In this document: piece by piece, positions 1 through 11,964 of the stretch
Layout of the letters: each line of letters begins with the position of its first letter
Position numbering within the stretch: position 1 is the stretch's first letter
NCBI GenBank assembly: GCA_951406725.2
Contig: OX597816.1
Span: 90,272,001-90,336,000 of the forward strand
DNA from: Octopus vulgaris
Taxonomy: Eukaryota
Direction of reading: 5' to 3'
DNA: 64,000 bases
Translations under genes and position numbers: made by a program
Notes under the pieces: generated by a model
The model's database searches: none
What the model was told of the DNA's origin: nothing
The model's input: the letters and a program-made list of their open reading frames with translations, nothing else

Positions 1-469
1 CGAATAGTGCTCAATAGAACACTGCTTCCACATCTGGGACAGAGTTGTAGCTGCTGCACAATTTATCCAAAACTGATTAGCAAAGAGTCACTCATCAATG
101 AACTAGGACCTGTTTTCTCACACTACCTTATCAACTCCATCTCCATGCTACAATAGTTTAGCTCCTCTGAGCTGACTGGTTGGTGCTATCTCCACCCAAT
201 GCACTTTACTTCCCTTCACTTACCACTTATACTTCCACTTCCACCCCCATCTGTCTGTCTGGTCTTGTACTAGCCTTCTACCAGAAGGTGTCAATCCTCT
301 ACAATTTCTTCTCAGATCATATTTTCTTCTCTTTTGCAGTTGTTGACTGGTAATTAATTTCAGTCTCAGAGAGACTGTGAAGGTCATGAATGCAACTCAT
401 TCCTCCTGACTAAACTATTAAAAGTATCCTAATAACATCTTAGTTTTTTTTAACAATTTGCTTGCTCAC

Positions 470-842
470 TTTCATTTGTTTCAGTCATTTGACTGTGGCC
501 ATGCTGGAGCACTGCCTTTAGTCGAGCAAATTGACCCCAGGACTTATTCTTTGTAAGCCTAGTACTTATTCTATTGGTCTCTTTTGCTGAACCGCTAAGT
601 TACAGGGACGTACACACACCAGCATCGGTTGTCAGGCAATGTTGGGGGGACAAACACAGACACACACATATATATACATATATACGACGAGCTTCTTTCA
701 GTTTCCATCTACCAAATCCACTCACAAAGCTTTGGTTGGCCCGAGTCTATAGTAGAAGACACTTACCCAAGGTGGCACGCAGTGGGACCGAACCTGGAAC
801 CATGTGGTTGGTAAGTAAGCTACTTATCACACAGCCACTCCT
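470..842 (-). mobile_element. tRNA-derived CORE-like SINE, family A. Other copies at ~1008-1610 (+, interrupted), 7460-7845, 14265-14545, 24219-24598, 25020-25380 (-), 48036-48280, 56815-57185, 57190-57530.
   Basis: Head ggctgtgtggtaag...ggttcagtcccactgcgtggcaccttgggcaagtg, central (TA)/(TG) tract, tail ggcggtgctccagcatggccgcagtcaaatgactgaaacaagt. Confidence 0.9.
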
Positions 843-1194
843 GAGCCATTCCCTGCTGATCAAAATAAATAAACAGAAAGAAAAACCCCTTTATTACAGG
901 ATCTAATTTCTCTGTATCAGTCTAAATTGTCTTGTATTAGATTAAAAAATTTATCCTTTCATAAAGTCTATTAGCTTTAATTTCTTTCATTACTTCTATA
1001 TATAAGGTGCAGACATGGCTGTGTGGTAAGAAGTTTGCTTCCCAACCACATGGTACCTTATGCAAGTGTCTTCAAGTAGAGCCTTGGACCATTCAAAGGC
1101 TTTGAGTGGATTTGGTGGATAGAAACTGAAAGAAGCCTGACGTGTTTCTATATCTGTGTGTGTGTGTGTGTGTGTGTGCATTCCTATATCTTTA

Positions 1195-1420
1195 CTACCC
1201 ACAAGGGGCTAAATACAGAGGGGACAAACAAAGACAGACAAACGAATTAATTCGATTATATCGAACCCCAGTGCGTAACTGGTACTTAATTTATCGACCC
1301 CGAAAGGATGAAAGGCAAAGTCGACCTCGGCGGAATTTGAACTCAGAACGTAACGGCAGACGAAATATGGCTACGCATTTCGCTCGGCGTGCTAACGTTT
1401 CTGCTAGCTCGCCGCCTTCA
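1195..1420 (-). mobile_element. tRNA-derived SINE, family B, nested in the (TG)n tract of a family-A SINE. Fragments at ~4975-5100, 32590-32660, 33260-33430.
   Basis: Minus strand has B box gagttcaaattcc followed by gtcgactttgcctttcatcctttcggggtcgataaa, resembling a Deu/Nin-type conserved domain. Confidence 0.78.
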
Positions 1421-2161
1421 TGTGTGTGTGCATTCCTGCTTGTCCTCCACCGCTGCTTGACAACTGGTGTTGGTGTGTTTACATTCTAATTTAGCTGTTC
1501 AGCAAAAACACAGATAAAAGTACTGGGCTTAAAAAGAAAGTAAGCAGTGGGGTCAATTCATTTGATTAAAATTCTTCAAGGCCTAATGACTGAAACAAAA
1601 GATAAAAGATCATATTTGCTCCACTCCCAGCTGAAGGGCTTTTTGTCTTGCAAAGAGCACTGTGCTAGTGCCATGTAAAAAGCACCCGTGTTGGTTGGTG
1701 CCACATAAAAATTACCCATACTAGTACCATGTAAAAATTACCTGTGCTGGGCCATGTACAAAGCACATGGCACACTTTGTAAAGTGGTTGGCATTAGGAA
1801 GGGCATCCAGCCATAGTAACCATGCCAAATCATTCTGGAACCTAGTGCAGCTCTCCAGCTTGCCAGCTTTGGTCAAACTATTCAACCCATACCAGCATAG
1901 AAAACAGACATTAAATGAGGATGATGAAGTGATAATGTATAATAAAATCTATAATAAATGAATGATTTGGATAATTAAATATCCCAATGAGATATTTTCT
2001 TCTTCACATTAATACTGCCTGCATCAATCTTAATCTCCTTATTCTAATTTTGTCCACTAATAGATACTAATTGTTGAAGACACTGAAAGTAACTTTCCTT
2101 GGACCAAGGCAGCACTGGAAATAAAGTAATAACAATCTAATATGGAACAAAATAAAGCAGG

Positions 2162-2167
2162 TTTATT
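2162..2167 (-). terminator. Candidate polyadenylation signal of ADA
   Basis: AATAAA on the minus strand about 380 nt downstream of the ADA stop codon. The motif is common in AT-rich DNA. Confidence 0.3.
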
Positions 2168-2544
2168 TTTAAATATTTGATTTCACTTTCAATAGATGAC
2201 AGTATAAAAAGTTAGCAAAATGTTGGTATGAGTTTTCATACCTACAAAGAATATTAGCATAGCAGATAATCTGCATTAATTGAGGACATAATCACCACAC
2301 TAGTTTCAATATTGGCGTTTTCATGGAAGGAAGATTTTGTCTATTCACAATGTTTGTTAGACAATTTTTTTCATAATTTTCTTTCTGTTTTTTTTTTTTA
2401 ATTTTTAAATTTTTTTACAATTAATGAGAGTTCACCAGGATTAATATAATCACTTAAAATTTTAGTGTTTACAACATTCAGTTTTCATTATAAATATCAT
2501 TTAGTCAATTTGCTGCTTGTGATACAATTGAAGAAATATTTCAA

Positions 2545-2637
2545 TTAATAGTCTCCCGGATAAATTTGTTTAAGATGATTCAAAAGATCATTCTGTTCAG
2601 CTTGTGGCAAAAAACTGGATCTTGCAGCATTAAAAAT
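2545..2637 (-). CDS. ADA: Adenosine deaminase, terminal coding exon (IFNAARSSFLPQAEQNDLLNHLKQIYPGDY*)
   Basis: Acceptor ttttctag, phase 0, 31 codons ending in TAA. NAA.SSFLP..E...LL matches the ADA C-terminal helix. Confidence 0.93.
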   Translation of the reverse strand: MFNAARSSFLPQAEQNDLLNHLKQIYPGDY

Positions 2638-2734
2638 CTAGAAAATAAAAAATGGAAGTATTGTATTAATGAAACAGAACAAATCTGAATGGAATAACTG
2701 AAATGAAAAACTAATAATTCTGTTATTGGTTGTA

Positions 2735-3784
2735 TCATCATCATCACCATTGTTTAACGTCCGTTTTCCATGCTAGCATGGGTTGGATTGTTTGACTGAG
2801 GTCTGGAGATGGTTTGACTGAGGTCTGCACCAGGCTCCAATCTCATCTGGCAATGTTTCTACAGCTGGATGCTCTTCTTAATGCCAACCACTCCGAGAGT
2901 ATAGTGAGTGCTTTTTACATGTCACCAGCATAGGAGCCAGTCAGGTGGGCCTGGCATCAACCACGTTTGGATAGTGCTTTTTATGTGCTACCGGTACGAG
3001 AGCCAGTCAGGAGGGCCTAGCATCAACCACATTTGGATAGTGCTTATTATGTGCCACCAGTACGGGAGCCAGTCAGGGGGTACTGGCATCGGGCATGTTT
3101 AGATGGTGCTTTTTATGTGCCACTGACATCGACCATGTTCGGATGATGCATTTTACATGCCACCAGAACGGGAGCCAGTCAGGAGGCACTGGCCACAGCT
3201 AAGATTTTGGTTTTATTTGACTCAACAGGTCTTCTCAAGCATATTATATCGCCCGATGCATCAAGGGTACTTTTAAATGGGCCAGACATGCAACACTGGC
3301 TGCAATCTCTCTTTAGTTGCCAGGTCTTCTCAATCACAGCATATCTCCAAAGGTCTCAGTCGTCTGTCATTGCCTCTGTGAGGCCCAATGTTCAAAGGTC
3401 ATGCTTCACCTCATCCAATGTCTTCCTGGGTCTACCTCTTCCATAGGTTCCTTCCACAGTTAGGGTGTGGCACTTTCACACACAGCTGTCCTCATCCATA
3501 CATAACACATGACCATACCAGCTCAGTCATCTCTCTTGTACACCACATTTGATGCTTCTTATGTCCAACTTTACTTTCAGGGTGCTCACACACTGTTGTG
3601 TATGCACACCGACATTACACATCCAGGGGATTATACTAGCTTCATTTCTGTTAAGCCTACACATTGCTTCAGCAGTCGAGACCCATGTTTCACTGCTGTG
3701 TAGCTTGTCAGTTTGCACACATGCATCATACAGTCTACCTTTCATCCTGTGTAAGAGGCCCTTAGTTGCCAGCAGAGGTAGAGA
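2735..3784 (-). mobile_element. RTE 3' fragment (ORF C-terminus, repeat-bearing 3' UTR, GAT tail)
   Basis: KGRLYDACV...SETW matches the 885-aa ORF. Same terminal gtttaacgtccgttttccatgctagcatggg segment. Confidence 0.9.
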
Positions 3785-4333
3785 AAAAAATTGTTGATAA
3801 AAACTAGAATAATAATCATTCTACCCAAGCAATTAAAATTTTGTTGTTTCAGTAGATTAGCATTTAAACGAGTGTTATGGTCATACAAATAGTGTCATTT
3901 GTTTTCAATTTTCTGTGAAAACATTTCCGGTTACAGGGAAATATCACCTTACTTGGAGACAAGTGAAAATTTGTGATGGGAAGAGCATCTGGCTATAGAA
4001 AATTTGTCTCAATAAATTCTGTCTGACCCATAAAAGCTTGGAAAAGATGACGTTAAGACAATGATGATGAAATATTCTATCACCATAAAATGGTTAATTT
4101 GAACAAATTGTCAAAGCATGAATAGAACAGGAAAAAAAATTGCTATATTAAAAAAAAAAGGAGGTAATATTGCAAACTACAGAAATTATCATAATCAGTC
4201 TTTTAAATATAACAAAATTTAATTCATTTGAAAATAATCCACCCGTTATATTTATTATTTTTCTCAAGTACTTAACTGTATATATAATAAGTATTGGGAA
4301 ATATAAATAAAAGCAAAGACTAAGCATACTTAC

Positions 4334-4460
4334 AGTCTTTATAATCTGATCTTTGCTAAAACCAGCTTTTTCTGCCATGGCATATTCATTGTGAAGACAG
4401 GTAGCAAAGACTGTGGGATCATCAGTGTTCAAAGAGAAATTAGCATCATCTTTTAAAAAC
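4334..4460 (-). CDS. ADA: Adenosine deaminase exon (FLKDDANFSLNTDDPTVFATCLHNEYAMAEKAGFSKDQIIKT)
   Basis: AG acceptor and gtaagt donor, 127 nt. Contains the signature SLNTDDP with the catalytic Asp-Asp. Confidence 0.96.
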
Positions 4461-4613
4461 CTTTAAAAAAGATAATTTTAATTTTGAGAATTCAAGAGAT
4501 ATTCTTGCAGAATACATTATGCTGGTTAAAAATAGGATAAAAAGAAAAGGAAGTTAATAGCAACCAAAAGAGAAATTGTACATCAGTTTGAAGAAAAAGA
4601 GAAAACAGCTTAC

Positions 4614-4783
4614 GTAGTAACTGGATGATTTTGTATTTCTTCTAAGAATGCCTGTGTCCTGAAGCTTGAAACTAGGCAAGTCTCTAAGTGAATGTTATCA
4701 TTCCTTATTTGTTTGTAAAGATGATCATCCTCAATAACATGGTAACCATGGCCTACACGTTCAGCAAACATATCATCTACAGC
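4614..4783 (-). CDS. ADA: Adenosine deaminase exon (AVDDMFAERVGHGYHV...HLETCLVSS...HPVT)
   Basis: ctag acceptor and gtaagc donor, 170 nt. Contains ERxGHG with the catalytic His. Phases fit both neighbouring exons. Confidence 0.96.
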
Positions 4784-4838
4784 CTAGAGGAAGAAAATGA
4801 AGTTTTAAAACTGATTAACCTTCATTTCAAATATAAGA

Positions 4839-5464
4839 AAGGAATTCAACGCCCATAAAGAAATATTACTGGATAAAGACCTCAATGTTACTAAATAATT
4901 TTTGTTACTTTTTAGGTAATAATTCTTCTTTATTTAAGCTTAAAATCAGCAATTTTGAGGGGAGGGGGAAAATTGGTTACATCAACCCCCAGCAACTGAC
5001 TGATACTTTATTTTGTCAGCCCTAAAAGGATGAAAGACAAAGCTGAACTCAGAATGTAAAGAGCCCAAAGAAATGCCACTCACAAATCTGTCAGCTTGTT
5101 ACCTTACTTTTCAGGTAATAAGGTCTATTCTACAGCAACGATATAAAATTGTACTAAATAGTTATTAACTTTGGTTTGTTGCAGTTGTGATACAACTTCC
5201 AGAGCCAATGCAAGCTAAAGCTTGGTTGTTTCTGATGTATTTTGGCATTCTATTATATCAGATTTAAAATGTGCATGATAGGGCTGACAAAATAAAGTAT
5301 CAGTCAGTTGCTGGGTGTTGATGTAACCAATTTTTCCCCTCCCCTCAAAATTGCTGACTTTAAGCTTAAATAAAGAAGAATTATTACCTAAAAAGTAACA
5401 AAAATTATTTAGTAACATTGAGGTCTTTATCCAGTAATATTTCTTTATGGGCGTTGAATTCCTT
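4839..5464. repeat. Inverted duplication, arms 4839-5024 and 5279-5464 (186 bp)
   Basis: The arms are reverse complements with about 3 mismatches seen by eye. Spacer 254 nt. Confidence 0.95.
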
Positions 5465-6245
5465 GAATAGCTCCACAAAATCAATGCTTTCTTTGTCCTA
5501 GTTGTGTCATTATTTTTCTAATTATGAATGTAACAATAGCTTTTATTTGTTTAAAAAGAAGAAAAAAAATCCTTTTTTGAGCCTAACACTTGCTTCTTTC
5601 CCAAATATTAAAAGAGAAAGCTGAAGATGAAGCATTTGGCAAAACAAGTTGGCAAACTAATTTAAATGATCATTTTCACTTCCTTATTTGAATTATATTA
5701 TAAAACATGCATAGAGCATAATGAATTTGAAAATCAAAAGCATTTATTTTTTCAATGAGTTTGTTATCTTGTGTTTAAGTACCACAAAAATAAACTAAAT
5801 AATTCTTATTTCAGCTATATACTTGTATTGAACCTCTTCTGATAAAGAGCAAACAATATTTATGGTGTGTCAGTGATGTGAACTTATGGATGAATTTGAT
5901 CTACAGCCAAATTAATTTAATTGAACTCTCTATGAATCAGAGGTTAGTATGCAGCTATATCAACAGGTGCACCAAATCACAAACAGTTCTCATAGTGGCC
6001 ATTACAACAACTAACACAGCTCAGTGGTGACACGTGTAACCCACATACTATGAAATAGTGGTTACAGACAGCCATCACATATAGATTAAAAGTTTTTATC
6101 AATTTATTTAGAAAATATGAAAGTCAATGTAAAATATGCTAAGGGTCATAGTTTACTGAAAGGGTTCATAAAATATTGAGATAAATTAAAAATCAAAATT
6201 TTGAAGAAAAAAAATTCTATTAAAATTTCAAAAGGAAAACTTTAC

Positions 6246-6317
6246 CTCTTTAACATTAGGAGGTCCTCCAATTTCTCCAGCATGTGCTGTACGATGAATT
6301 CCTAGCTTATGGGCTTC
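6246..6317 (-). CDS. ADA: Adenosine deaminase exon (EAHKLGIHRTAHAGEIGGPPNVKE)
   Basis: 72 nt, phase 0-0. HAGE motif (Zn-ligand His and catalytic Glu). Confidence 0.96.
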
Positions 6318-6882
6318 CTTGAATAAAAAGTAAATAAGATCTTCATATATTGTGCCATATCTAGAAATGAAGTGCTTTTGTTTCAAAAGTATTTTATATT
6401 GCAGATTATGTTATTTTAATGAAATGAAACTGTGCGTAGGTAAATAAAATACCTTTTAACTCAACTTAAATGAAATAGACATTCTCAATGCACAGTTGTC
6501 AATATTAAAATTAATCAACTTATTTGTTGTTTATTCAAAGCTTGTAAGATTTTATGTATAGTTCAGGATTGAGACAGATGCTATGCAATTTGATTTTCTT
6601 CAGGCAGACAAAGTTAAGCAAGAAATTTACAGATTTTGCAAGTTATAAAACTGTAATGGCAGCCTGCTAAAAAGAGGATAAGTTCGTGTGCTTTGAAGAG
6701 ATATGAGGGAATTATGTTTTAGAAGATCATCATTTAAAGAAAAAATGCAAAAAACAGATCAAGTATCAACTATTAATCCTATTTTCAATAGGATTAATAG
6801 ACATGTATGCGTGTCTACAAATGACAATAGAGAAATTTAATCCAGGATGAAAATATAAATAATATGAGAAATTATTACAAAC

Positions 6883-7001
6883 CTTGAAAACATCTCTAAT
6901 TTCAGGTGGAGTGGGGAAGAACTCTGCACCTGCCACATCTATTCCAACAACACCATCATTTTTAAACTCATTACACAGCTGAAGTACGTCTTTAGCAATT
7001 T
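6883..7001 (-). CDS. ADA: Adenosine deaminase exon (EIAKDVLQLCNEFKNDGVVGIDVAGAEFFPTPPEIRDVFK)
   Basis: tgtag acceptor and GT donor, 119 nt. VVGIDxAG.E motif. Confidence 0.93.
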
Positions 7002-8580
7002 CTACAAATATTCCCATAGATACATGTATGAGTGTGCATTCTTTGTATGTATGTGTATATATATATATATATATGGATGTTCATGTACACACAGACACTT
7101 TATTAATATGATTGTTTTGAAACATTTCCCCACAAAGCTCTCTCAATAAAATCTCACTTATTTTGCAGTTCTTCAAGAGAGCACATTCAAAGCCAGTTCT
7201 GAACTTCCTTAAGATTTCCTCAAAGATATGTGTGACAGATAAATAAATGAATAAATAAAAAACCCAAAGAACATTAGTAAATTCTATCCCAGGGTCTCTT
7301 TCAAAATATTCTTTCAATTCTCTGGTGAAGTTATGGCTTCGAGTATGTTACACTGTTAGACTCCATTTACTCAACCAAATTACAAATATTAGTTTGAATA
7401 TAGTTATGAAGCAGGCTTAGGTCATTTACAAAACTAATGCAAAAAACATCTGCTGACTTTGGCTGTGTGGTAAGTAGCTTGTTTACAAACCACATGGTTC
7501 CGCGTTCAGTCCCACTGCGTGGCACCATGGGCAAGTCTCTTCTACTATAGCCTTGGGCCGACCAAAGCCTTGTGGGTGGATTTGGTAGACAGAAACTGAA
7601 AGAAGCCTGTCGTATATATGTGCGTGTATATATGTGTGTGTGTCTGTGCATGTTTGTGTATCTGTGTTTGTCCCCCCGACATTGCTTGACAACCGATGCT
7701 GGTGTGTTTGCGTCCCCGTAACTTGGCGGTTTGGCGGAGGAGACCGATAGAATAAGTACTAGGCATACAAGACTAAAAAATAAGACTAAAGGTGGTGCTC
7801 CAGCATGGCCAGTCAAATGACTGAAACAAGTAAAAGAGTAAAGAGAAAGTATACTAAACAAAGAAATATACCTTAATTCAAAGGATAGTATACAATGAGG
7901 CTAGATTGGTAGCTTACAATCATAGACTATACAATCAAAGAGACATTATTGCTTTGTCCTACCAGTAAAGCTTTCATGTGCAAAAGAAACATTTCTATTG
8001 CTAGCTGAAACTCAGAGGAAGACAAGGGCAAAGTAGAAGTGAGAAATCGAGAGACAAACTACTACTTGGGTCATGTTTTCTAAAAAACCCTAGAATATAT
8101 TCTAATAAATTAAACCAACATATTTCAGATTAAAGCAGTAACAATAAGCATCTAATTGTCAATCAAACCACAAGCTTGATATGACCCTGAATTTACTTTA
8201 TGTCATAGTGTAAATTGCACCTACAATTAAATTGCCTAATTATTTTTTAGCATTAAAACCTAACCTTACTTAAATATCCAATAAAATTATTAGTAAACTC
8301 AAACAGTAAATCCTTTCTATTACTTATTTTGCCAAATCTTACAACCTGTACTGCAATATTCACAAATTCAAAATTAAACTCAAAACTTGCCAGTCTTCAT
8401 GTATAAGTAACTCTTCATAAGTAACTCTACAAACCTTAACTGAAACATTCAGATAATCTTATTAGCATCCTTACTACTTCTGCTAGCCTCCAAATCTTTC
8501 AGGTAAACTTTATAAAATAAACATTAAAAAAACCTATTATTTACATTAGATGGATATTTGTCCTCATCTTGTTTGTTGTT

Positions 8581-8626
8581 AACACAACGTTTTGGCTGAT
8601 ATACTCTCCAACCTTCTTCAGGTGTC
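8581..8626 (-). ncRNA. Minimal type I hammerhead ribozyme motif (degenerate) in the PLE inverted pLTR
   Basis: GACAC-CUGAAGA-A-GGUUG(N10)CAGCC-AAAA-CGUU-GUGUU. Stems I and II pair, and there is a palindromic AACGUU. The core GAAA reads AAAA. Confidence 0.72.
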
Positions 8627-9951
8627 TTGGGGAAATTTCGAACCTGGGTTCTCATTCCTAAGGTATTTTTCGATGTTATTAGTATTATTCCACCCACTTC
8701 ACAGAATTGATCAAGGATACTCCCACTGAATCCAACCAGATGGTGAGTCTAGATGTGATAAGCCTGTTCACCGAAGTCCCAACTGGTGAAGCACTATCAG
8801 TGATACAAGAAAAACTAGTGACAGACACCCATCTAAAAGAACGCACTAGTATATCAATAAGAAACTTGATGGAAATGTTGACCTTCTGTGTAGAGACTAC
8901 CTACATCAGTATGGACACTGATACATATTGACAAGAGGAGGGTTTAGTTATGGGTTTGCCATTATCACCAGTAATAGCCAATATATACATGGAATACTTT
9001 GAGAATTTGGCTCTAGGATCAACACCGCTAAAACCAACACTATGGCTACGATATTTTGATGACACCTTTATACTCTGGCCCCACCATGAAGATGTCCAAG
9101 TGCTGTTAGATCATGTGAACTCAATAAAGCCATCCATACAGTTCACAATGGAAAAGGAAAAAGACAATAACATGCACCAAGTATGGATTCAGGACATCTG
9201 GATACCGCAAGCCGAATTTACTGGAAGATACCTCAACTTCAATTCCCACCATCCATACAGTGTAAAGAGAGGGATTGCTCAGTGCCTAAAACATCATACA
9301 AAGAATATAAGTAGTGATCATGATACACACCACGAAGAAATGATGAAGCTCAATAATGACCTGTTATGCAACAACTAACCCAAAAGTATGCTATACACTC
9401 CAATTATGAAGAAGAGAAAGGATGAGGCCAATAAACTGTCCACAGTCTGTCTACCCTATGTGAAAGGCTTCTCTGAAAAGATACAAAAGATATGCGGCCC
9501 ATATGACATCAGGACAGTATTCAAGAGTAATACAACACTTCGCAAATATCTCCTTCGAGTAAAACCACCAATAGAAGAGAATATGACCAAAGACTGTGTG
9601 TACTCCATCCCATGCAGCTGTGGTAGGTTATACAAAGGCGAAACATGCCGCCTCCTCAAAATAAGGATAGAGGAACATCACAAAGCTGTGACACAAGGAG
9701 ATATTGATAAATCAGGTATAGCTGATCATGTATGGAAAAATGGAGAGCCCCACTGTGGGATGAAGTTAAAATAATAGACAGAGAACATCACTGGAAAATA
9801 TGAAAACTAAAAGAAGCAGCACATATGCTAGGACACAACAACCTCCTAAGCAGACCAAGTGCAGATATGAGCAGCATATGGGAACTCGTATTAAGGAAGG
9901 ATAGAAAAATATTAGATTTATAAGCCCTAAAATTCACTCCATACTTGCCCA

Positions 9952-10027
9952 CAGGCATATGGTGTAGTGGTTAAGAATGTGGGCTACTAACCCCAAGATT
10001 CCGAGTTCGATTCCAAGCAGTGACCTG
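9952..10027 (+). promoter_or_regulatory. tRNA-derived Pol III promoter cassette between the PLE ORF and the pLTR
   Basis: A box tggtgtagtgg, B box gagttcgattcc, anticodon-like arm ggg-ctactaa-ccc. No convincing acceptor stem, so not a functional tRNA. Confidence 0.75.
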
Positions 10028-10096
10028 AACAATAACAATAATAATAACATCGAAAAATACCTTAGGAATGAGAACCCAGGTTTGAAATTTCCCCAA

Positions 10097-10139
10097 GACA
10101 CCTGAAGAAGGCTGGAGAGTATATCAGCCAAAATGTGTT
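10097..10139 (+). ncRNA. Minimal hammerhead ribozyme motif (degenerate) in the PLE 3' pLTR
   Basis: GACAC-CUGAAGA-A-GGCUG(N10)CAGCC-AAAA-U-GUGUU. Same core change, plus a 3-nt deletion relative to the other copy. Confidence 0.65.
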
Positions 10140-10469
10140 AACAAATATCCATCAAATGTAAATAATATACATAATTCCTCATCTCTTAAATATAGAACTG
10201 TATTAATAAACCTATAATCTGGACCAAAAATACCATCTATGTATCTACAAATGCCACTTAGCTGCCTAAGTAAACATAACTTTTTTCCTTTTTCATAAAT
10301 CACTAAAGAAACTGAATTCATAAGATGTTAAGAATAAGTCAGCTAATAAAGAATTTCAACTGCTCCTATCACCTAAGAGTGCCTCTAATTTGCCTTAACA
10401 TTTTACTCTCAAATGAAACGTATACATTAACTCATTGTAATTTATACAAGACATAAAGTTCTCTTATAT

Positions 10470-10695
10470 TTAACTTTTTAGCATTTAAACTGGCCATATC
10501 CAGCCTAAATATTTTACCTGTTTTATCTTGAAACTGACCAAATGTGACCTCTTACACCTGCCCTACAATGTCATTCTAAAAATAAGTGATCACATCATCA
10601 AAATCTTGAAGCTACAAGATAATACATGATTAATGTAAAACAATGTGAATAAATAAACAACATTTGATGAAGTAATCAGAATGCTAAAGGATTAA
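10470..10695. mobile_element. piggyBac-type MITE family (ttaa-ccctttagcatt...aatgctaaaggg-ttaa). Other copies at ~16390-16540 (partial), 18894-19375 (with an RTE tail insert) and 62342-62560.
   Basis: TTAA-flanked short TIRs and a shared internal ctcacacctaccctacaatgtcattctaaaa segment. Confidence 0.8.
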
Positions 10696-11964
10696 TTATA
10701 TACATGCCATACACTAGATCTATTAGATGGTGACTCCATACACTAGATATATTCAAATATTCCCCTGCCTCAACCAGTTTTAAATCTAAATCAGTATATT
10801 ATCAACTCCATTTAATGTCCGATCGCCATGCTGGCATGGGTTGGATGGTTGGACATGGAGCTAGCTAGCAGGGAACAGACCAGACTCCAACTGTCTGTGG
10901 CAGCATAGTTTCCGTGGCTGGATGCTTTTCCTAATGCCAAGAATACAGTATAGAAAATCATTGGGTGAATTATCCTCACATGCCTATTTTTTTTTTCTTT
11001 TTCAAAATTTCCATTGCTCTTCAATAAACTAACTCTAGAACTTTGGCAAATAGCTGAAGGATATCTAACAAAAACTGCTCTAATCACACTAAACATTTCA
11101 TTAACTAAAATCACTATTTGTCTCTTCATACTTTACTTTGCTCCAGATATTATAAATCTAGTTTTATGAGGTGTCTTGCGTAACTTAGGTTTCCAAAAAT
11201 GTGTAAGAATGCAATAATTCTTCTCCACAGTGACCAGTTAAAATTTATAAATCACACAATGATTTAGCAATTTTAATTTTAAATCTCAGCTATACAGCAA
11301 ATTCATAAGTGACATTATACAAAATACATAACATGTGTGTATGTGTGATGGGTGCATGCATGTGTGATGGGTGCATGCATGTATGATGGGTGCAGGAATT
11401 GCTGAGTAGTTAAGAAGTTCACTTGGTCTTATACTTGAGCCAAAAAAAGCTTTTTAAGGCAGAAACTGAAACAAAGTAACCTGTCATGCTTATGTGTGTT
11501 CATATATCTCCTTGTCATGAGATATTGCATGATAGTTGTAAATGAGCATCACTGTCAAACAAGTGGTGCATTTGGTTTCAATCTTCTATTGAAACATGTC
11601 TGGCCACAGGGAAATATTACCTTACTTGGAAACAGGTGAGAGCTGGCAAATCAATTGTAGAAAATGTGCCTCAACAAATTCTGTCAAGCATGGAAAAGTT
11701 CACAATAAAATGATATAGGGCAGGCGTGGGGGGGGGGGACAAGTTAAAACTCAACTATTAAACTATCAAATGTTTATGTCATTGAGTGTCCCATTGTAAA
11801 GCTTATTCAGAGTAGTCTTAATATTTTGTAGCTGAAAATTGAAATCTAAAGAAATACTTTAAGGTAAAAGGAACATCTTAGATATTCATAATGTAACAAG
11901 TAGTGAATATCATAAAAATGAAAGAAGCATTCAACACATTTGATAGGCATTTCATATATTATTA

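Larger units (their letters stand above)
8535..10200 (+). mobile_element. Penelope-like element (RT plus GIY-YIG), 5'-truncated and degenerate, with an inverted pLTR copy at the 5' end
   Basis: SLDVISLFT, MGLPLSP, WLRYFDDTF, YLNFNSHHP, then VYSIPCSCGRLYKGET...RIEEH. In-frame stops at 8931 and 9378. 8535-8688 is the reverse complement of ~10032-10167. Confidence 0.93.

Noticed and set aside
574-906. Recurrent short ORFs in SINEs (e.g. 574-906, 7367-7861, 57088-57405)
   Set aside because: Translations of SINE consensus sequence with no protein-family signal.
9952-10027. Functional tRNA genes here and at ~54474 and ~20540-20610
   Set aside because: A/B boxes are present but acceptor stems are not, and each runs into repeat sequence. 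Treated as tRNA-derived heads.
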